Below the pieces are notes generated by a model. It saw only the letters and a list, made by a program, of their open reading frames with translations, was not told where the DNA came from and did not search any database. The translations under genes were made by a program, and so were the position numbers. DNA of 64,000 nucleotides from Dehalococcoidia bacterium (GTDB lineage Bacteria; Chloroflexota; Dehalococcoidia; UBA6926): the NCBI GenBank assembly GCA_965205915.1, contig OZ242191.1, forward strand, positions 1,455,725-1,519,724, read 5' to 3'. Positions 1 through 11,049 of this stretch are shown here, in pieces (positions within the stretch are counted from its first letter, which is position 1; each line of letters starts with the position of its first letter).

Positions 1-245
1 ATGGCGATGGGGACGCCGTGCAGGGGGCCGTGATCCACGCCCGCGCCGAGCAGGGCGTCCGCGGCCCGCGCCTGCGCCATCGCGTGCTCACGGTGAACAA
101 GGACGTAGCCGTTGATGGTGGGTTCAAGGCGTTCGATGCGTTCCAGAAGGGCGAGCGTGACCTCCTCGCATGAGACATCACGCGCGTGGATGCGCGCGGA
201 AACCTCCGCGAGGGTGAGAGATGTGATGTCTGTGTTGGATGTCAT
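1..245 (-). CDS. Amidase-signature family protein, N-terminal part (runs off window edge)
   Basis: Manual translation from ATG at 245: MTSNTDITSLTLAEVSARIHARDVS...GPLHGVPIA, paralogous to the start of the adjacent amidase. Confidence 0.85.
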   Translation of the reverse strand, partial: MTSNTDITSLTLAEVSARIHARDVSCEEVTLALLERIERLEPTINGYVLVHREHAMAQARAADALLGAGVDHGPLHGVPIA

Positions 246-264
246 GGTGAATCAGTCCGAGGTT

Positions 265-1692
265 CTACGGCGTGGTGTCCTGAGGGGGTCGCCACGTATG
301 CCAATCCGTAGCCTGCTGGTATGCGTGGCCCGCGCGCAGAACCGTCGCCTCATCGAACGCTCGCCCGGCAATCTGCAGGCCGATGGGCAGTTCATCGCTG
401 CTGAACCCGCACGGCACGGTCATGGCCGGGACGCCAAGCAGGTTGAACGGCGACATGTTGCGGGTCAGGGCGCGTGTCAACTGCATCTGCCCGTTGCCGA
501 CAGCGACCGTTTCATATGCCTGCCCAATCTTCGGCGCGGTGACGGGCGTCGTGGGCATGGCGAGCAGGTCGACGCGGCGGTAGACATCGTTAATCTTTTC
601 GCGCAAGACGGCGCGAAGGCGTTGGGCATTCACATAGTCGACCGCCGGAACCGTCGCGCCCTGTTGGAGGCCGGCGAGGACGCGCGAATCGTAATCCTGG
701 GGCCGCTCACGCATCCAGCGGTGATGATAGGCGGCGGCGTCCGCGAAGAGGATGGTCGTCTGCATGGCAACGAGGTCATCGGCCAGCGGAAACTCTACGT
801 CGACGATGCGCGCGCCGAGCCCCCTGAGGACATCGATACCCGCGCGAACGGCAGCCTCCACCTCGGGATCGATGGGATCCCAGAACGGGTCGCCGGGGAC
901 ACCGATGGTCAGTCCCTCGATGGAATCGTTCAACGTGGCCAGATAGTTGGGCACGGGGCGGTTGGCGGATGTGGGATCGAGTGGGTCATGGCCCGCGAGA
1001 ACCTGCAACGCGCGGGCGCAATCCTCCGCCGTTCGCGCAATCGGCCCGACGTGATCCAACGACCACGAAAGCGGCAGGCACCCGAATCGGCTGACGCGGC
1101 CATAAGTGGGCTTGATGCCGCTGACGCCGCAGAGGGTGGCGGGAATGCGAATGGAGCCGCCGGTGTCCGTGCCAATCGCCATATAGCCCATGCCCATCGC
1201 GACCGCCGCGCCGGAACCGCCGCTTGAGCCGCCCGGCACGTGATCCGGGTTCCAGGGGTTGCGCGTGTTGCCGTAGTGTGGATTCTCCGTCGTCACGCCA
1301 AAGGCGAACTCGTGGAGGTTCGTCTTGCCGATGATGACCGCGCCCGCCTGCCGCAGCTTGCGTACGACGGTCGCGTCCTGCTCCGGCTTCCAGTCGGCGA
1401 GAATCTTTGAACCGGCTGTGGTGGTAATACCGGCAGTGGTCAGAATGTCCTTGATGGCGACGGGGACGCCGTGTAGCGGGCCGAGCAGGTGGCCGGCGAG
1501 CAGCATGTGATCCGCCGCCTCCGCCTCCTGCAACGCCTCATCACGCAGCACCTTTACGAAGGCGTTGGTGGTGTCATCCGCGTGGGCGATGTGCTCAAGC
1601 ACGTCTTCCAGCGCGTGGGTGGCTGAGACTTCCTGTGAATGAATGCGCCGGGCGATGTCCGTCAGAGAGAGGCCGACGCGCTCCTCGTACAT
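265..1692 (-). CDS. Amidase (amidase-signature family, GatA-like)
   Basis: GPLHGVPVAIKD, GKTNLHEFA, PGGSSGGS and GTDTGGSIRIP motifs; start re-called to MYEERV at 1692. Confidence 0.93.
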   Translation of the reverse strand: MYEERVGLSLTDIARRIHSQEVSATHALEDVLEHIAHADDTTNAFVKVLRDEALQEAEAADHMLLAGHLLGPLHGVPVAIKDILTTAGITTTAGSKILADWKPEQDATVVRKLRQAGAVIIGKTNLHEFAFGVTTENPHYGNTRNPWNPDHVPGGSSGGSGAAVAMGMGYMAIGTDTGGSIRIPATLCGVSGIKPTYGRVSRFGCLPLSWSLDHVGPIARTAEDCARALQVLAGHDPLDPTSANRPVPNYLATLNDSIEGLTIGVPGDPFWDPIDPEVEAAVRAGIDVLRGLGARIVDVEFPLADDLVAMQTTILFADAAAYHHRWMRERPQDYDSRVLAGLQQGATVPAVDYVNAQRLRAVLREKINDVYRRVDLLAMPTTPVTAPKIGQAYETVAVGNGQMQLTRALTRNMSPFNLLGVPAMTVPCGFSSDELPIGLQIAGRAFDEATVLRAGHAYQQATDWHTWRPPQDTTP

Positions 1693-1693
1693 G

Positions 1694-1894
1694 CTAGCTC
1701 CCCGTGGACGCGGCGTCGGGGTTGTAGACGACGGCAGGCTCGGTGAGGCCGAAGTCCATGTCATCGAGGCGATTCATAGCCTCTTGGTAAAACGTGACGC
1801 GCCTCTGCAAACCCGGCAGCGAGTCATCGTCGATTTCGACCCCAAGCATCGCCAACTGCGCCTTGAGTTCATCCGTGCTCGGTACCGGTCTCAT
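1694..1894 (-). CDS. Small GatC/AtzG-like amidase partner protein
   Basis: 66-aa helical protein ending ...LDDMDFGLTEPAVVY, stop 1 bp before the amidase start. Confidence 0.55.
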   Translation of the reverse strand: MRPVPSTDELKAQLAMLGVEIDDDSLPGLQRRVTFYQEAMNRLDDMDFGLTEPAVVYNPDAASTGS

Positions 1895-2085
1895 CCGCCT
1901 GCCCCCAACGCCATCAAACGGCGCGCTTTCCCTAGCCTCCAACACTCATAGTCATGATACGGCATCGGCGCGGGGGGGGGGGGCGCATGGCAAGGGTAAA
2001 GAAGATGCAAGCCCAGTAGCACCCTGACTCGGCCTGACCTACTATCAATCACACAGGCAACCCCCTATCGAATACGGAGGTAACG

Positions 2086-3831
2086 ATGCATCAACAAGGC
2101 GGCACAATCGAAGCGGCACTGAAGGGCATCGCGTCATATCAATTTGTCTTGCCCGCCATTCAAAGGGAATTCGTATGGCAGCCCGAACAAGTATGTGACC
2201 TCTTCGACAGCTTGATGCAGGGTTTCCCGTTCGGGGAGTTCATGTACTGGAAGGTCGAGGCGCAGAATTCCAGCCAATACCGTTGGTACGACTTCGTGCG
2301 CAAATATCACGAGAAGACTAGTCCCCACTGCCCGGAGCTGGGAGTAATCCACAACGAGGCTCTGACCGCTGTACTTGATGGCCAGCAGAGACTTACCGCG
2401 TTCAACATCGGACTCAGGGGCTCAATGGCGAAGAAGCTTCCCTACCTGTGGTGGAGCAACCCTGCCGCCTTTCCCGAGCGAGTTCTGGCGCTTGACCTGC
2501 TGTCGCCGACGGAGCCGGATGAAGACGGCAGGCGGTACAAATTTGAGTTTGTCGATGAGGATCGCATCGGCTTGAACGATGACCGGCTCTGGTTCCGAGT
2601 GTCAAAAGTACTAGACCTTGAGGGCGGGCCGGACATGCACGACTGGCTCATAAATCAAGGCCTGCAAATGGACCAGCTCAGCCGCGCGTACCGAACGCTG
2701 GACCGCCTTCATCGAGCGATACGGATAGATCAGGTTGTGGCTTGGTACGAAGAGACGACGCAGGACATTGAGCGAGTGTTGCAGATCTTCATCCGGTGCA
2801 ACAGGGGTGGAACTCCCTTGTCTTATTCCAACCTGTTGCTGAGCATCGCAGTATCGCAGTGGGAGGAGTTGGATGCGCGGGCTGAGGTGCATGGCCTTGT
2901 TGACGAACTTAACAACATCCGGGACGGATTGCGATTCGATGCGGACTTTGTGCTGAAAGCCGGACTTATGTTGGTGGACATCGCCAGCGTGGGTTTTCGT
3001 GTCGAGAACTTCACTCATCAGAACATGGCAATCCTGGAAGATAACTGGCCAAGAATTAAGGCGGCGCTCCTGACAACGGCACAGCTTATGGACAGCTTCG
3101 GGTTCGATAGTCGAACAATCCGCGCCATGAACGCACTTTTGCCAATCGCGTTTTACTTGTACAGGCAGCAAGCTCCCGAGAGCTTTGTGACAGGCGACCG
3201 ATTCCTTGAAGACCGTAGGAAGATCAAGAACTGGTTAACCCGTTCAATCCTGAAACAATCGGGGATCTGGGGCAGTGGGCTTGATACGCTACTCACCGCA
3301 TTGCGGGAGGTAATTCGCAATCTGGGCGAAGCAGGTTTCCCCGCCCACGAACTTGGCCGCGTCATGACGCAGCGGGGCAAGGGGCTTGAGTTCCAAGACG
3401 AGGAGATCGAGGACCTCGCTGATATGCGTATTTCTGACTCCCGCATGTTTCCACTCCTCACGATGCTATTCCCTTACATCGGCTCCAGGGGTGGCACTGA
3501 TATCGATCACGTATTCCCCAAGAGCAGATTCACTTCGGCTCGGCTGAATGAGGCGGGCGTTCCTCCTGAGCAGGTTGAAGATGCTCAGGATTGGAGTGAT
3601 CGTCTAGCCAACCTCCAACTTCTTGACCCAACCGTGAACAATGAGAAGCGCGCCGTCATGCCCGCTGACTGGCTCGATACCCATTGCCCTGACGACCAAT
3701 CGCGCCAAGCCTATTGTGGTCGCCACCTCCTTGGGGAAGTGCCCAGAGACATCCGCGAGTTTGGCGCTTTCTATCAGGAACGTCGGCGACAACTCCGAAA
3801 CAGGATCGAGAGTGTGGTCAACACGACATAA
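2086..3831 (+). CDS. GmrSD-like (DUF262 + DUF1524/HNH) modification-dependent restriction protein
   Basis: LPAIQREFVW, LDGQQRLT and FIRCNRGG (DUF262); C-terminal DIDHVFP...LANLQLL...N; GGAGG RBS. Confidence 0.88.
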   Translation: MHQQGGTIEAALKGIASYQFVLPAIQREFVWQPEQVCDLFDSLMQGFPFGEFMYWKVEAQNSSQYRWYDFVRKYHEKTSPHCPELGVIHNEALTAVLDGQQRLTAFNIGLRGSMAKKLPYLWWSNPAAFPERVLALDLLSPTEPDEDGRRYKFEFVDEDRIGLNDDRLWFRVSKVLDLEGGPDMHDWLINQGLQMDQLSRAYRTLDRLHRAIRIDQVVAWYEETTQDIERVLQIFIRCNRGGTPLSYSNLLLSIAVSQWEELDARAEVHGLVDELNNIRDGLRFDADFVLKAGLMLVDIASVGFRVENFTHQNMAILEDNWPRIKAALLTTAQLMDSFGFDSRTIRAMNALLPIAFYLYRQQAPESFVTGDRFLEDRRKIKNWLTRSILKQSGIWGSGLDTLLTALREVIRNLGEAGFPAHELGRVMTQRGKGLEFQDEEIEDLADMRISDSRMFPLLTMLFPYIGSRGGTDIDHVFPKSRFTSARLNEAGVPPEQVEDAQDWSDRLANLQLLDPTVNNEKRAVMPADWLDTHCPDDQSRQAYCGRHLLGEVPRDIREFGAFYQERRRQLRNRIESVVNTT

Positions 3832-3914
3832 CTCTTGTTGTCCGGAAAGGCTTCACGGCATCGGCGTGGGGCGTGGGATGAGGGTGAAGGGATTCGGCAG
3901 GAGCGCGTGGCGCG

Positions 3915-4430
3915 TCAGCCTACTTCCGGGTGCGCGCTCCATGATTCAAATGGCCCCGTCGACGCGGGGAGGGTAATGTCCGCGCTCTGCCCCGGATCCA
4001 GGTCGCGGGGAGTCGTTGGTCCGAGTTCGATTCCGTTTGAGAGATGAACCTCGACGCGCACTCTGCGTAGCGACTCTCCTGTCGTGTTCTCCACAGTGCC
4101 GGTGAAGGCGTTGGACGAGGCGTCGTAAGAAAGGATCAGCCGCGCGCCTGCGCGAACCACATTATACGTTTCAGTCAGCCCATACTGCGTGCCGGATTCT
4201 TCACCATCCCCATCAGAGTCGGAACCTTCCGAATGCTCTCCGCCCTCCCCGTTCCGGCTGTGCTCTCCGGATTCGGATTGTTCGCTATGCTCGCCGCCCT
4301 CGGACTGTTCCGAACGCTCTCCGGTCTCGGCGCCCTCGTTGTGTTCGCCGGACTCCTCGCCACCCACGCACGCGGTGAGCGCGACCAACAGAGTGACACC
4401 GACCAGAATTGCGATGAGTGTGCGTGCCAA
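3915..4430 (-). CDS. Putative lipoprotein with Glu/Gly/His-rich repeat linker and small C-terminal beta domain
   Basis: TTG start at 4430 after an AAAGGGA RBS; lipobox LTAC; repeated GEHS units. Confidence 0.7.
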   Translation of the reverse strand: MARTLIAILVGVTLLVALTACVGGEESGEHNEGAETGERSEQSEGGEHSEQSESGEHSRNGEGGEHSEGSDSDGDGEESGTQYGLTETYNVVRAGARLILSYDASSNAFTGTVENTTGESLRRVRVEVHLSNGIELGPTTPRDLDPGQSADITLPASTGPFESWSAHPEVG

Positions 4431-4501
4431 GGATGATCCCTTTCGGTGATAAGAGAGTTGAAACGGCGAAGAAGTCTCACATGTAAGGGTGCAGAATAGC
4501 A

Positions 4502-4534
4502 AAGCCCCCGCAGCGCATTGCGCTGCGGGGGCTT
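4502..4534. terminator. Intrinsic terminator hairpin downstream of the enoyl-CoA hydratase
   Basis: AAGCCCCCGCAGCGCA-T-TGCGCTGCGGGGGCTT inverted repeat. Confidence 0.8.
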
Positions 4535-4565
4535 CTTCTTTCCTACGCGGAAAAAGTCTGACGAA

Positions 4566-5381
4566 CTAGGCGCCGACCCACTGGGGCTTGCGCTTCTCGA
4601 CGAAGGCGCGCGGGCCCTCTGCCGTGTCCTTGGGGGACAGCATCCGCAGCCGGTTGCTGTTCAGTGACTGAACCTGCAGCGCCTCTCGGGTGGGCAGGTG
4701 CAGGGTGCGCATGATGTGCTCCTTGGCGACGCGCGTCGCCATCGGCGAGCACTCGGTCACGATCTCCGTCGCCATCGCGACGGCCGTGTCCATCAACTCC
4801 GCCTGCGGGACGACCTGGCTGACGAGGCCCATGCGGTAGCAGTCGGCGGCCTTGTAGCGCCGGCCTGTGATGATGAGCTCCATGGCAAGGCCGATGGGGA
4901 TGGAGCGGGACATGCGCGTGGTGCCGCTGATGGACAGCAGGCCGCGTCGCGGCTCAAGGAGTCCCATCTCAGCGTTCTCGGACATGATTCGAATATCCGC
5001 CCACAGCGCCATCTCGGAACCACCGCCGAACGCATAGCCGTTGATGGCGGCGATGACGGGCTTGAAGACCTCAATGCTCGGATAGGAGTGCAGGCCCTCA
5101 TTGGGAACCTGCGCCGGAGGGGGCGGCTCCTCGTTGGATGCGTCCTGCTGTGACTGCCTGCGAAGATCAAGGCCCGTTGAGAAGGACCTCTCGCCGGCGC
5201 CTGTCAGGATGAGCACCCATGCGTCAGAGTCATCGCGAAATTCGCGGACGTAGCCCAGCATAGCCTGGTTCCCGTCCATCGTCAGAGAGTTCAGCGTCTC
5301 CGGCCGGTTCATGGTGATCAGCCGGACGTGGTCCGCCGGCGTCGAATACATAATCTCAGGCTGCGTGTTCTCCTGGGTCAT
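4566..5381 (-). CDS. Enoyl-CoA hydratase/isomerase (crotonase family)
   Basis: ITMNRPETLNSL, FSTGLDL, KPVIAAINGYAFGGGSEMAL, EGPRAFVEKRKP. Confidence 0.95.
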   Translation of the reverse strand: MTQENTQPEIMYSTPADHVRLITMNRPETLNSLTMDGNQAMLGYVREFRDDSDAWVLILTGAGERSFSTGLDLRRQSQQDASNEEPPPPAQVPNEGLHSYPSIEVFKPVIAAINGYAFGGGSEMALWADIRIMSENAEMGLLEPRRGLLSISGTTRMSRSIPIGLAMELIITGRRYKAADCYRMGLVSQVVPQAELMDTAVAMATEIVTECSPMATRVAKEHIMRTLHLPTREALQVQSLNSNRLRMLSPKDTAEGPRAFVEKRKPQWVGA

Positions 5382-5664
5382 TTCCTACCTCCCGGTCTGA
5401 TTTGTGCGTCGATACCGCACCGGCGGACGCAAAGCGCAGGGGTGCTGTTCGTCTGAGCCTCAAAGAAGGCGCTCGCCGATTGCTCCCCCACCACGGCGGC
5501 CGTCAGGAAACGGCGCTGAAACTATAGCACGCGCAGGGTCATTACGTCAGTGGGGCGGGGGGGGCAGTAATCCCAGTGCGGGTAAGCGGTGGCAATTAGT
5601 TGACAGATAATTTGTTGGGCGTATAGTTGCGACAGTCAACGTCTGGACACAGGGAGGTGCCGAA

Positions 5665-6264
5665 ATGCGCACATTACTCATTATCGTACTAAGCATCATA
5701 GTCTCTGTTGCGGTGATTGCTTGTGAGGGCGATGAAGAGGAGCCAACTGCCGAACATGAGATGACGGAAGAAGAGTCATCCGACGAACATGAGGAAGATG
5801 ACGAGCACGAGGGCATGGAAGGTATGTCTGACATGTCTTCCTCTTCCATGGAGGACGCGGAACACGTCGCTGTGGTTCTGACGGACCAGGGTGAAATGTA
5901 CACCATGGCCCCCGAAGTGGCATCTGTTCATGCCGGTCCGGTCACGTATATTGCAAGCAACGAAGGCCTGATTGAGCACGAACTCATTGTGGTCAAGCTC
6001 CTGGACATGGGCCTAGATCTCACTAGCCTGCATGTCGTTGAAGGCCAGCTTGTCGAAGTTGAGCAGGGCGACACGGTCTATCTTGCTGACGCTTCCGGCC
6101 ACCATTATGGACAGGTCATCGCCTCAACCGGTCACGGTCTGCACCTTGATGCCGGCAATACCGTTGAGTTGAATGCCAATATGGAAGCAGGCCACTACAT
6201 GTTGCTCTGCAACATTGCGACGCACTATCAACTTGGCATGTGGACCGAGTTCGAAGCCTCGTAG
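5665..6264 (+). CDS. Blue-copper (cupredoxin) lipoprotein with acidic His/Met-rich linker
   Basis: Lipobox VIAC; N..HEL and C-terminal CNIATHYQLGM type-1 copper ligand loop. Confidence 0.8.
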   Translation: MRTLLIIVLSIIVSVAVIACEGDEEEPTAEHEMTEEESSDEHEEDDEHEGMEGMSDMSSSSMEDAEHVAVVLTDQGEMYTMAPEVASVHAGPVTYIASNEGLIEHELIVVKLLDMGLDLTSLHVVEGQLVEVEQGDTVYLADASGHHYGQVIASTGHGLHLDAGNTVELNANMEAGHYMLLCNIATHYQLGMWTEFEAS

Positions 6265-6482
6265 GTCTCGCGTCCTCGCACAGTTCGCCCAACCGTGGCC
6301 TCTTCATCCGGAGGGGCCGTGGTTGCTCTTAAGACCAGATGGCCCAACACGATCACATCCGCCTACGAGCCAGCGCAGTCCGCCAAGGGGATCCCCGCCC
6401 CGCCGCTATAATGGCGCAACGGAACGGCACGCTCGGCCGCCATTTGCGGCAGCCTGAGCGGGTCCCCGAGGGAGTCAACGAC

Positions 6483-6788
6483 ATGGCAACGATTCGGGCG
6501 AGATACGAAAAGGGCGTCCTGACGCCTCTGGAGCCTCTTGACCTCGAGGAGGGCAAGGAGGTCGTGGTATCAGTGCAGGACGCGCCCACGCCTGACGGCG
6601 AAGAGCATTCGAAGTCGTCGACACCATCGGATGATTCGTCTGTGCGTTCGCCGGGGCTTCTCGGCATCGTCGAAAGGGCTAAGGAACTGCAGAAATCCAT
6701 GCCACCGGAAGAATTGGACGGTGTGCGCACCGATGGCGCCAAGAACTACAAACACTACCTCTATGGCCACCCCAAGGTAGAGGACTGA
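6483..6788 (+). CDS. Antitoxin, AF2212/DUF104-like, copy 1
   Basis: MATIRARYEKGVLTPLEPLDLEEGKEVVVSV; TGATG coupling to a PIN gene start. Confidence 0.85.
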   Translation: MATIRARYEKGVLTPLEPLDLEEGKEVVVSVQDAPTPDGEEHSKSSTPSDDSSVRSPGLLGIVERAKELQKSMPPEELDGVRTDGAKNYKHYLYGHPKVED

Positions 6789-6851
6789 TGCCCGTAGTCT
6801 TCGCAGACACCGGCTATTTCATTGCGAGCCTGGATGAAAGGGACGAGAAGA
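6788..6851 (+). pseudogene. Truncated VapC/PIN toxin (first ~21 codons)
   Basis: MPVVFADTGYFIASLDERDEK, then runs into the second repeat copy. Confidence 0.8.
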
Positions 6852-6906
6852 CACGTTCGGCCGCCATTTGCGGCAGCCTTAGCGAGTCCCCGAGGGAGTC
6901 AACGAC

Positions 6907-7185
6907 ATGGCAACGATTCGGGTGAGATACGAAAAGGGCGTCCTGACGCCACTGGAGCCGCTTGACCTCGAAGAGGGCAAAGAGGTGGTGGTATCGGTGC
7001 AGGACGCGCCCACGCCTGGCGGCGAGGATCGCGCCAAGGTGTCCGAGGATACGGGAGAGTCCCTCCTTGAGATGTTTGACAGGCTGCGCAAGTCTGTTCC
7101 CCCGGAAGCATGGGATGGTCTCCCCACGGACCTTGTCAAGAACAAGAAGCACTATCTCTACGGCCATCCCAAAGAAGAGGACTGA
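6907..7185 (+). CDS. Antitoxin, AF2212/DUF104-like, copy 2
   Basis: Same N-terminus as copy 1; C-terminal KHYLYGHPK. Confidence 0.88.
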   Translation: MATIRVRYEKGVLTPLEPLDLEEGKEVVVSVQDAPTPGGEDRAKVSEDTGESLLEMFDRLRKSVPPEAWDGLPTDLVKNKKHYLYGHPKEED

Positions 7186-7604
7186 TGCCAACGCTGTTCG
7201 CAGACTCCGGCTACTGGATTGCGCTTCTGTACTCCGGCGATCAATTGCACCAGTTGGCAAGAGCAGTGGCTGAGCGCTTGGGATCCACGCCAATCGTAAC
7301 GACTCAAATGGTGTTAGTGGAGGCACTCAACAACCTGTCCGGAAGGGGCGGCTACCTTAGAGGGCTTGCTGCGCAGATGATTCAAGATCTGGCTGCGAGA
7401 CCCAACGTCGAAATCATCTTGCAGACGGATGATCAGTTCAGGGCCGCAGTGGAACGATATGCTGCTCGAAATGACCAATCGTGGAGTCTCACAGACTGCG
7501 CGAGCTTTCTCGTGATGGAAGAGCGAGGGTTGTCCGAGGCGCTGGCCTACGACCGTGACTTCGAGCAGGCGGGGTTTGTCGCGCTACTACGATCTGTCAC
7601 CTAA
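7185..7604 (+). CDS. vapC: VapC/PIN-domain toxin
   Basis: LFADSGYWIA, LVE, SLTDCASF and YDRDFEQAG acidic PIN motifs; TGATG overlap. Confidence 0.9.
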   Translation: MPTLFADSGYWIALLYSGDQLHQLARAVAERLGSTPIVTTQMVLVEALNNLSGRGGYLRGLAAQMIQDLAARPNVEIILQTDDQFRAAVERYAARNDQSWSLTDCASFLVMEERGLSEALAYDRDFEQAGFVALLRSVT

Positions 7605-7685
7605 GTGGCGGTGACTATCGCATCCGCGTCCTCTAGCAAGCGCTTGTTGTAGTCAATGAGACACCCCGGCGGGTATCGGTTGGGG

Positions 7686-8048
7686 TCACTCACCGTTGAT
7701 GAGCGCGTCAACCTTTTCCATGAATCGTGAGACCTGGCCAAGGCTCTGGCGCACGTCTCTGCTTGCGAATCGACCTTCGTAAAAGTTGGTGTGTAGACCT
7801 CCGGCCTCGTTGAAGAGGGTGCGGAGCGTATCGTCATCCGTCTCTTCTACCAAGCGGCTTACCGCCCCATAAAGCAGACCATGACTGTTGTGATCCAGCC
7901 CGCGCAGCACCGCGTAGGCCTTGACCAACTGGGCGGCCGCGCCCCAGCCCTTCTCAGAGGCTTGGCGAAGGTCGTCGTGTGACAGTTCCACAAATGCCTG
8001 ATCAAGAAACCTGCGGCCCTGTTCCGCGTATCCATTGGAGTTCGTCAT
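7686..8048 (-). CDS. PaREP1/HEPN-like protein
   Basis: QASEKGWGAAAQLVKA...SH...LHTNFYE; leaderless start after TATTCT. Confidence 0.85.
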   Translation of the reverse strand: MTNSNGYAEQGRRFLDQAFVELSHDDLRQASEKGWGAAAQLVKAYAVLRGLDHNSHGLLYGAVSRLVEETDDDTLRTLFNEAGGLHTNFYEGRFASRDVRQSLGQVSRFMEKVDALINGE

Positions 8049-8119
8049 AGCGTCCAGAATAAGCGAGAGACCTTTGGTTGTGACACTGCTACACCCGAAA
8101 CGCGACACCCGCAGGCCAA

Positions 8120-8145
8120 CAAAAAACCCCGCGAAAGCGCGAGGT
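8120..8145 (-). terminator. Intrinsic terminator of the 16S transcript
   Basis: Minus strand CCTCGCG-CTTT-CGCGGGG followed by a T run. Confidence 0.75.
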
Positions 8146-8154
8146 ATATAAAAA

Positions 8155-9950
<1,796 letters not shown>

Positions 9951-9986
9951 CTCACACCCTCTCCCGTAGGAAAGGGCGCAACGTTC

Positions 9987-10015
9987 AGACTATGCGTGTC
10001 GATGCCTCGTGTCAA
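9987..10015 (-). promoter_or_regulatory. sigma70 promoter of the 16S gene
   Basis: TTGACA-17 bp-TAGTCT. Confidence 0.8.
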
Positions 10016-10107
10016 GCCTGTTAAGCCGTCAAACACGCCAAAAACGGGGTTTTGCGCGAGGCCCAACCGCGTCCCCGTGATGGTCGTCTCGCTATGATGA
10101 GGTCGGC

Positions 10108-11019
10108 GTGGTTTCGCGGCGAGGGTGGACGATGATTATCAGCCGTTCTGTTGTGCTTGGGGCGGCGATCTTCGGCGGGGGGCTGCTCGCGTCAACGGTC
10201 GCCACGCGCCTGCTGCTTTCCTGGCTGCCTGAACTCTTCGCGTCAACGGCGCTGTTCCCGGCCAGCGCACTCTTCCGCGCGCTCCCGATCCCCATCATGG
10301 CGGGGTTGACCCTGTTTGCGGCCCTGACCGCATTCCGCAACGTCGCCGCCCGAGATGATACGCGTCGCGCCGCCACCGATGCCCCGATCTACTTCTTCGG
10401 CCTGACCCTCCTCTACGTCACGTTTGCGCTCGCGGTCCCGCTCTTCGAAATCTGGCACTACGAGCCGGCCATCTACGGCCCGGTGGCGATCATCCTGCTT
10501 GTGACCGCCCTCCGGCAAAGCATCACCCAGCCGAGCGAGCACGGAGATCCCGAAGACTCCCGACCGACGGAGCGCGCGCGACCGGGCAAAGCCATCGTGC
10601 TGGCGGCGCTTGCGGCGGCCATGTCCGCCGGCGCGAGCGTCGCCTATGGACGCGAACTGCTGGCAGAAAACACCGGCGACTGCACCAGATCCTACTGCTC
10701 GACCGAGCTGACGATCACCATCCTGGTAGTGATGGCGGTCGGCGCGACGGTTGCGTCCGGCGTCGTCTTGCGGGGCGCTCGGCGGCAGGGCGATGTGGAA
10801 AGGTTCACCATCACCCTCGTGACAGTGTTTGCCTGCCTCTCGCTGCTCACCGCCCCGATGGTCGTATTCCGGCTCGTACCCCACTACTATTTCGTGCCAA
10901 GCCTCTTCTACGGCCTATCAGCGCTCGCGTTGCTCATCAGCGTGTCAGCCAATTCAGAACTCACGGGCGTTCCACAGCCCACGCCGGAACTCCGCCCGCC
11001 GCCGGATATGCCGATATAG
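10108..11019 (+). CDS. Multi-pass membrane protein of unknown function, copy 1
   Basis: About 8 hydrophobic segments, short Cys pair loop; ends in repeat A; start uncertain. Confidence 0.65.
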   Translation: MVSRRGWTMIISRSVVLGAAIFGGGLLASTVATRLLLSWLPELFASTALFPASALFRALPIPIMAGLTLFAALTAFRNVAARDDTRRAATDAPIYFFGLTLLYVTFALAVPLFEIWHYEPAIYGPVAIILLVTALRQSITQPSEHGDPEDSRPTERARPGKAIVLAALAAAMSAGASVAYGRELLAENTGDCTRSYCSTELTITILVVMAVGATVASGVVLRGARRQGDVERFTITLVTVFACLSLLTAPMVVFRLVPHYYFVPSLFYGLSALALLISVSANSELTGVPQPTPELRPPPDMPI

Positions 11020-11049
11020 GCGGGGGTTGCGTAGCTAAAGCGGAGGGAC

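Larger units (their letters stand above)
6428..7025 (+). repeat. Direct repeat of about 174 bp (6428-6601 and 6852-7025) covering the upstream region and 5' half of two antitoxin genes
   Basis: Near-identical sequence at offset 424 bp, read directly. Confidence 0.92.

Noticed and set aside
112..1227. Long antisense ORFs (also 27113-28120, 31509-32534, 37677-38684, 44945-45901)
   Set aside because: Shadow frames of well-supported GC-rich genes on the opposite strand
265..1692. Calling the amidase gatA
   Set aside because: Tandem paralogs, no gatB nearby, and sequence fits general amidases equally well
1972..1983. Phase-variable poly-G tract
   Set aside because: Intergenic with no demonstrable promoter-spacing role; cannot be separated from homopolymer error
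10984..11032. Integron attC site (AAC...GTT imperfect hairpin at repeat A copy 1)
   Set aside because: Only ~49 bp, the other three copies lack the GTT arm, cargo genes face both ways, and no integron integrase is visible
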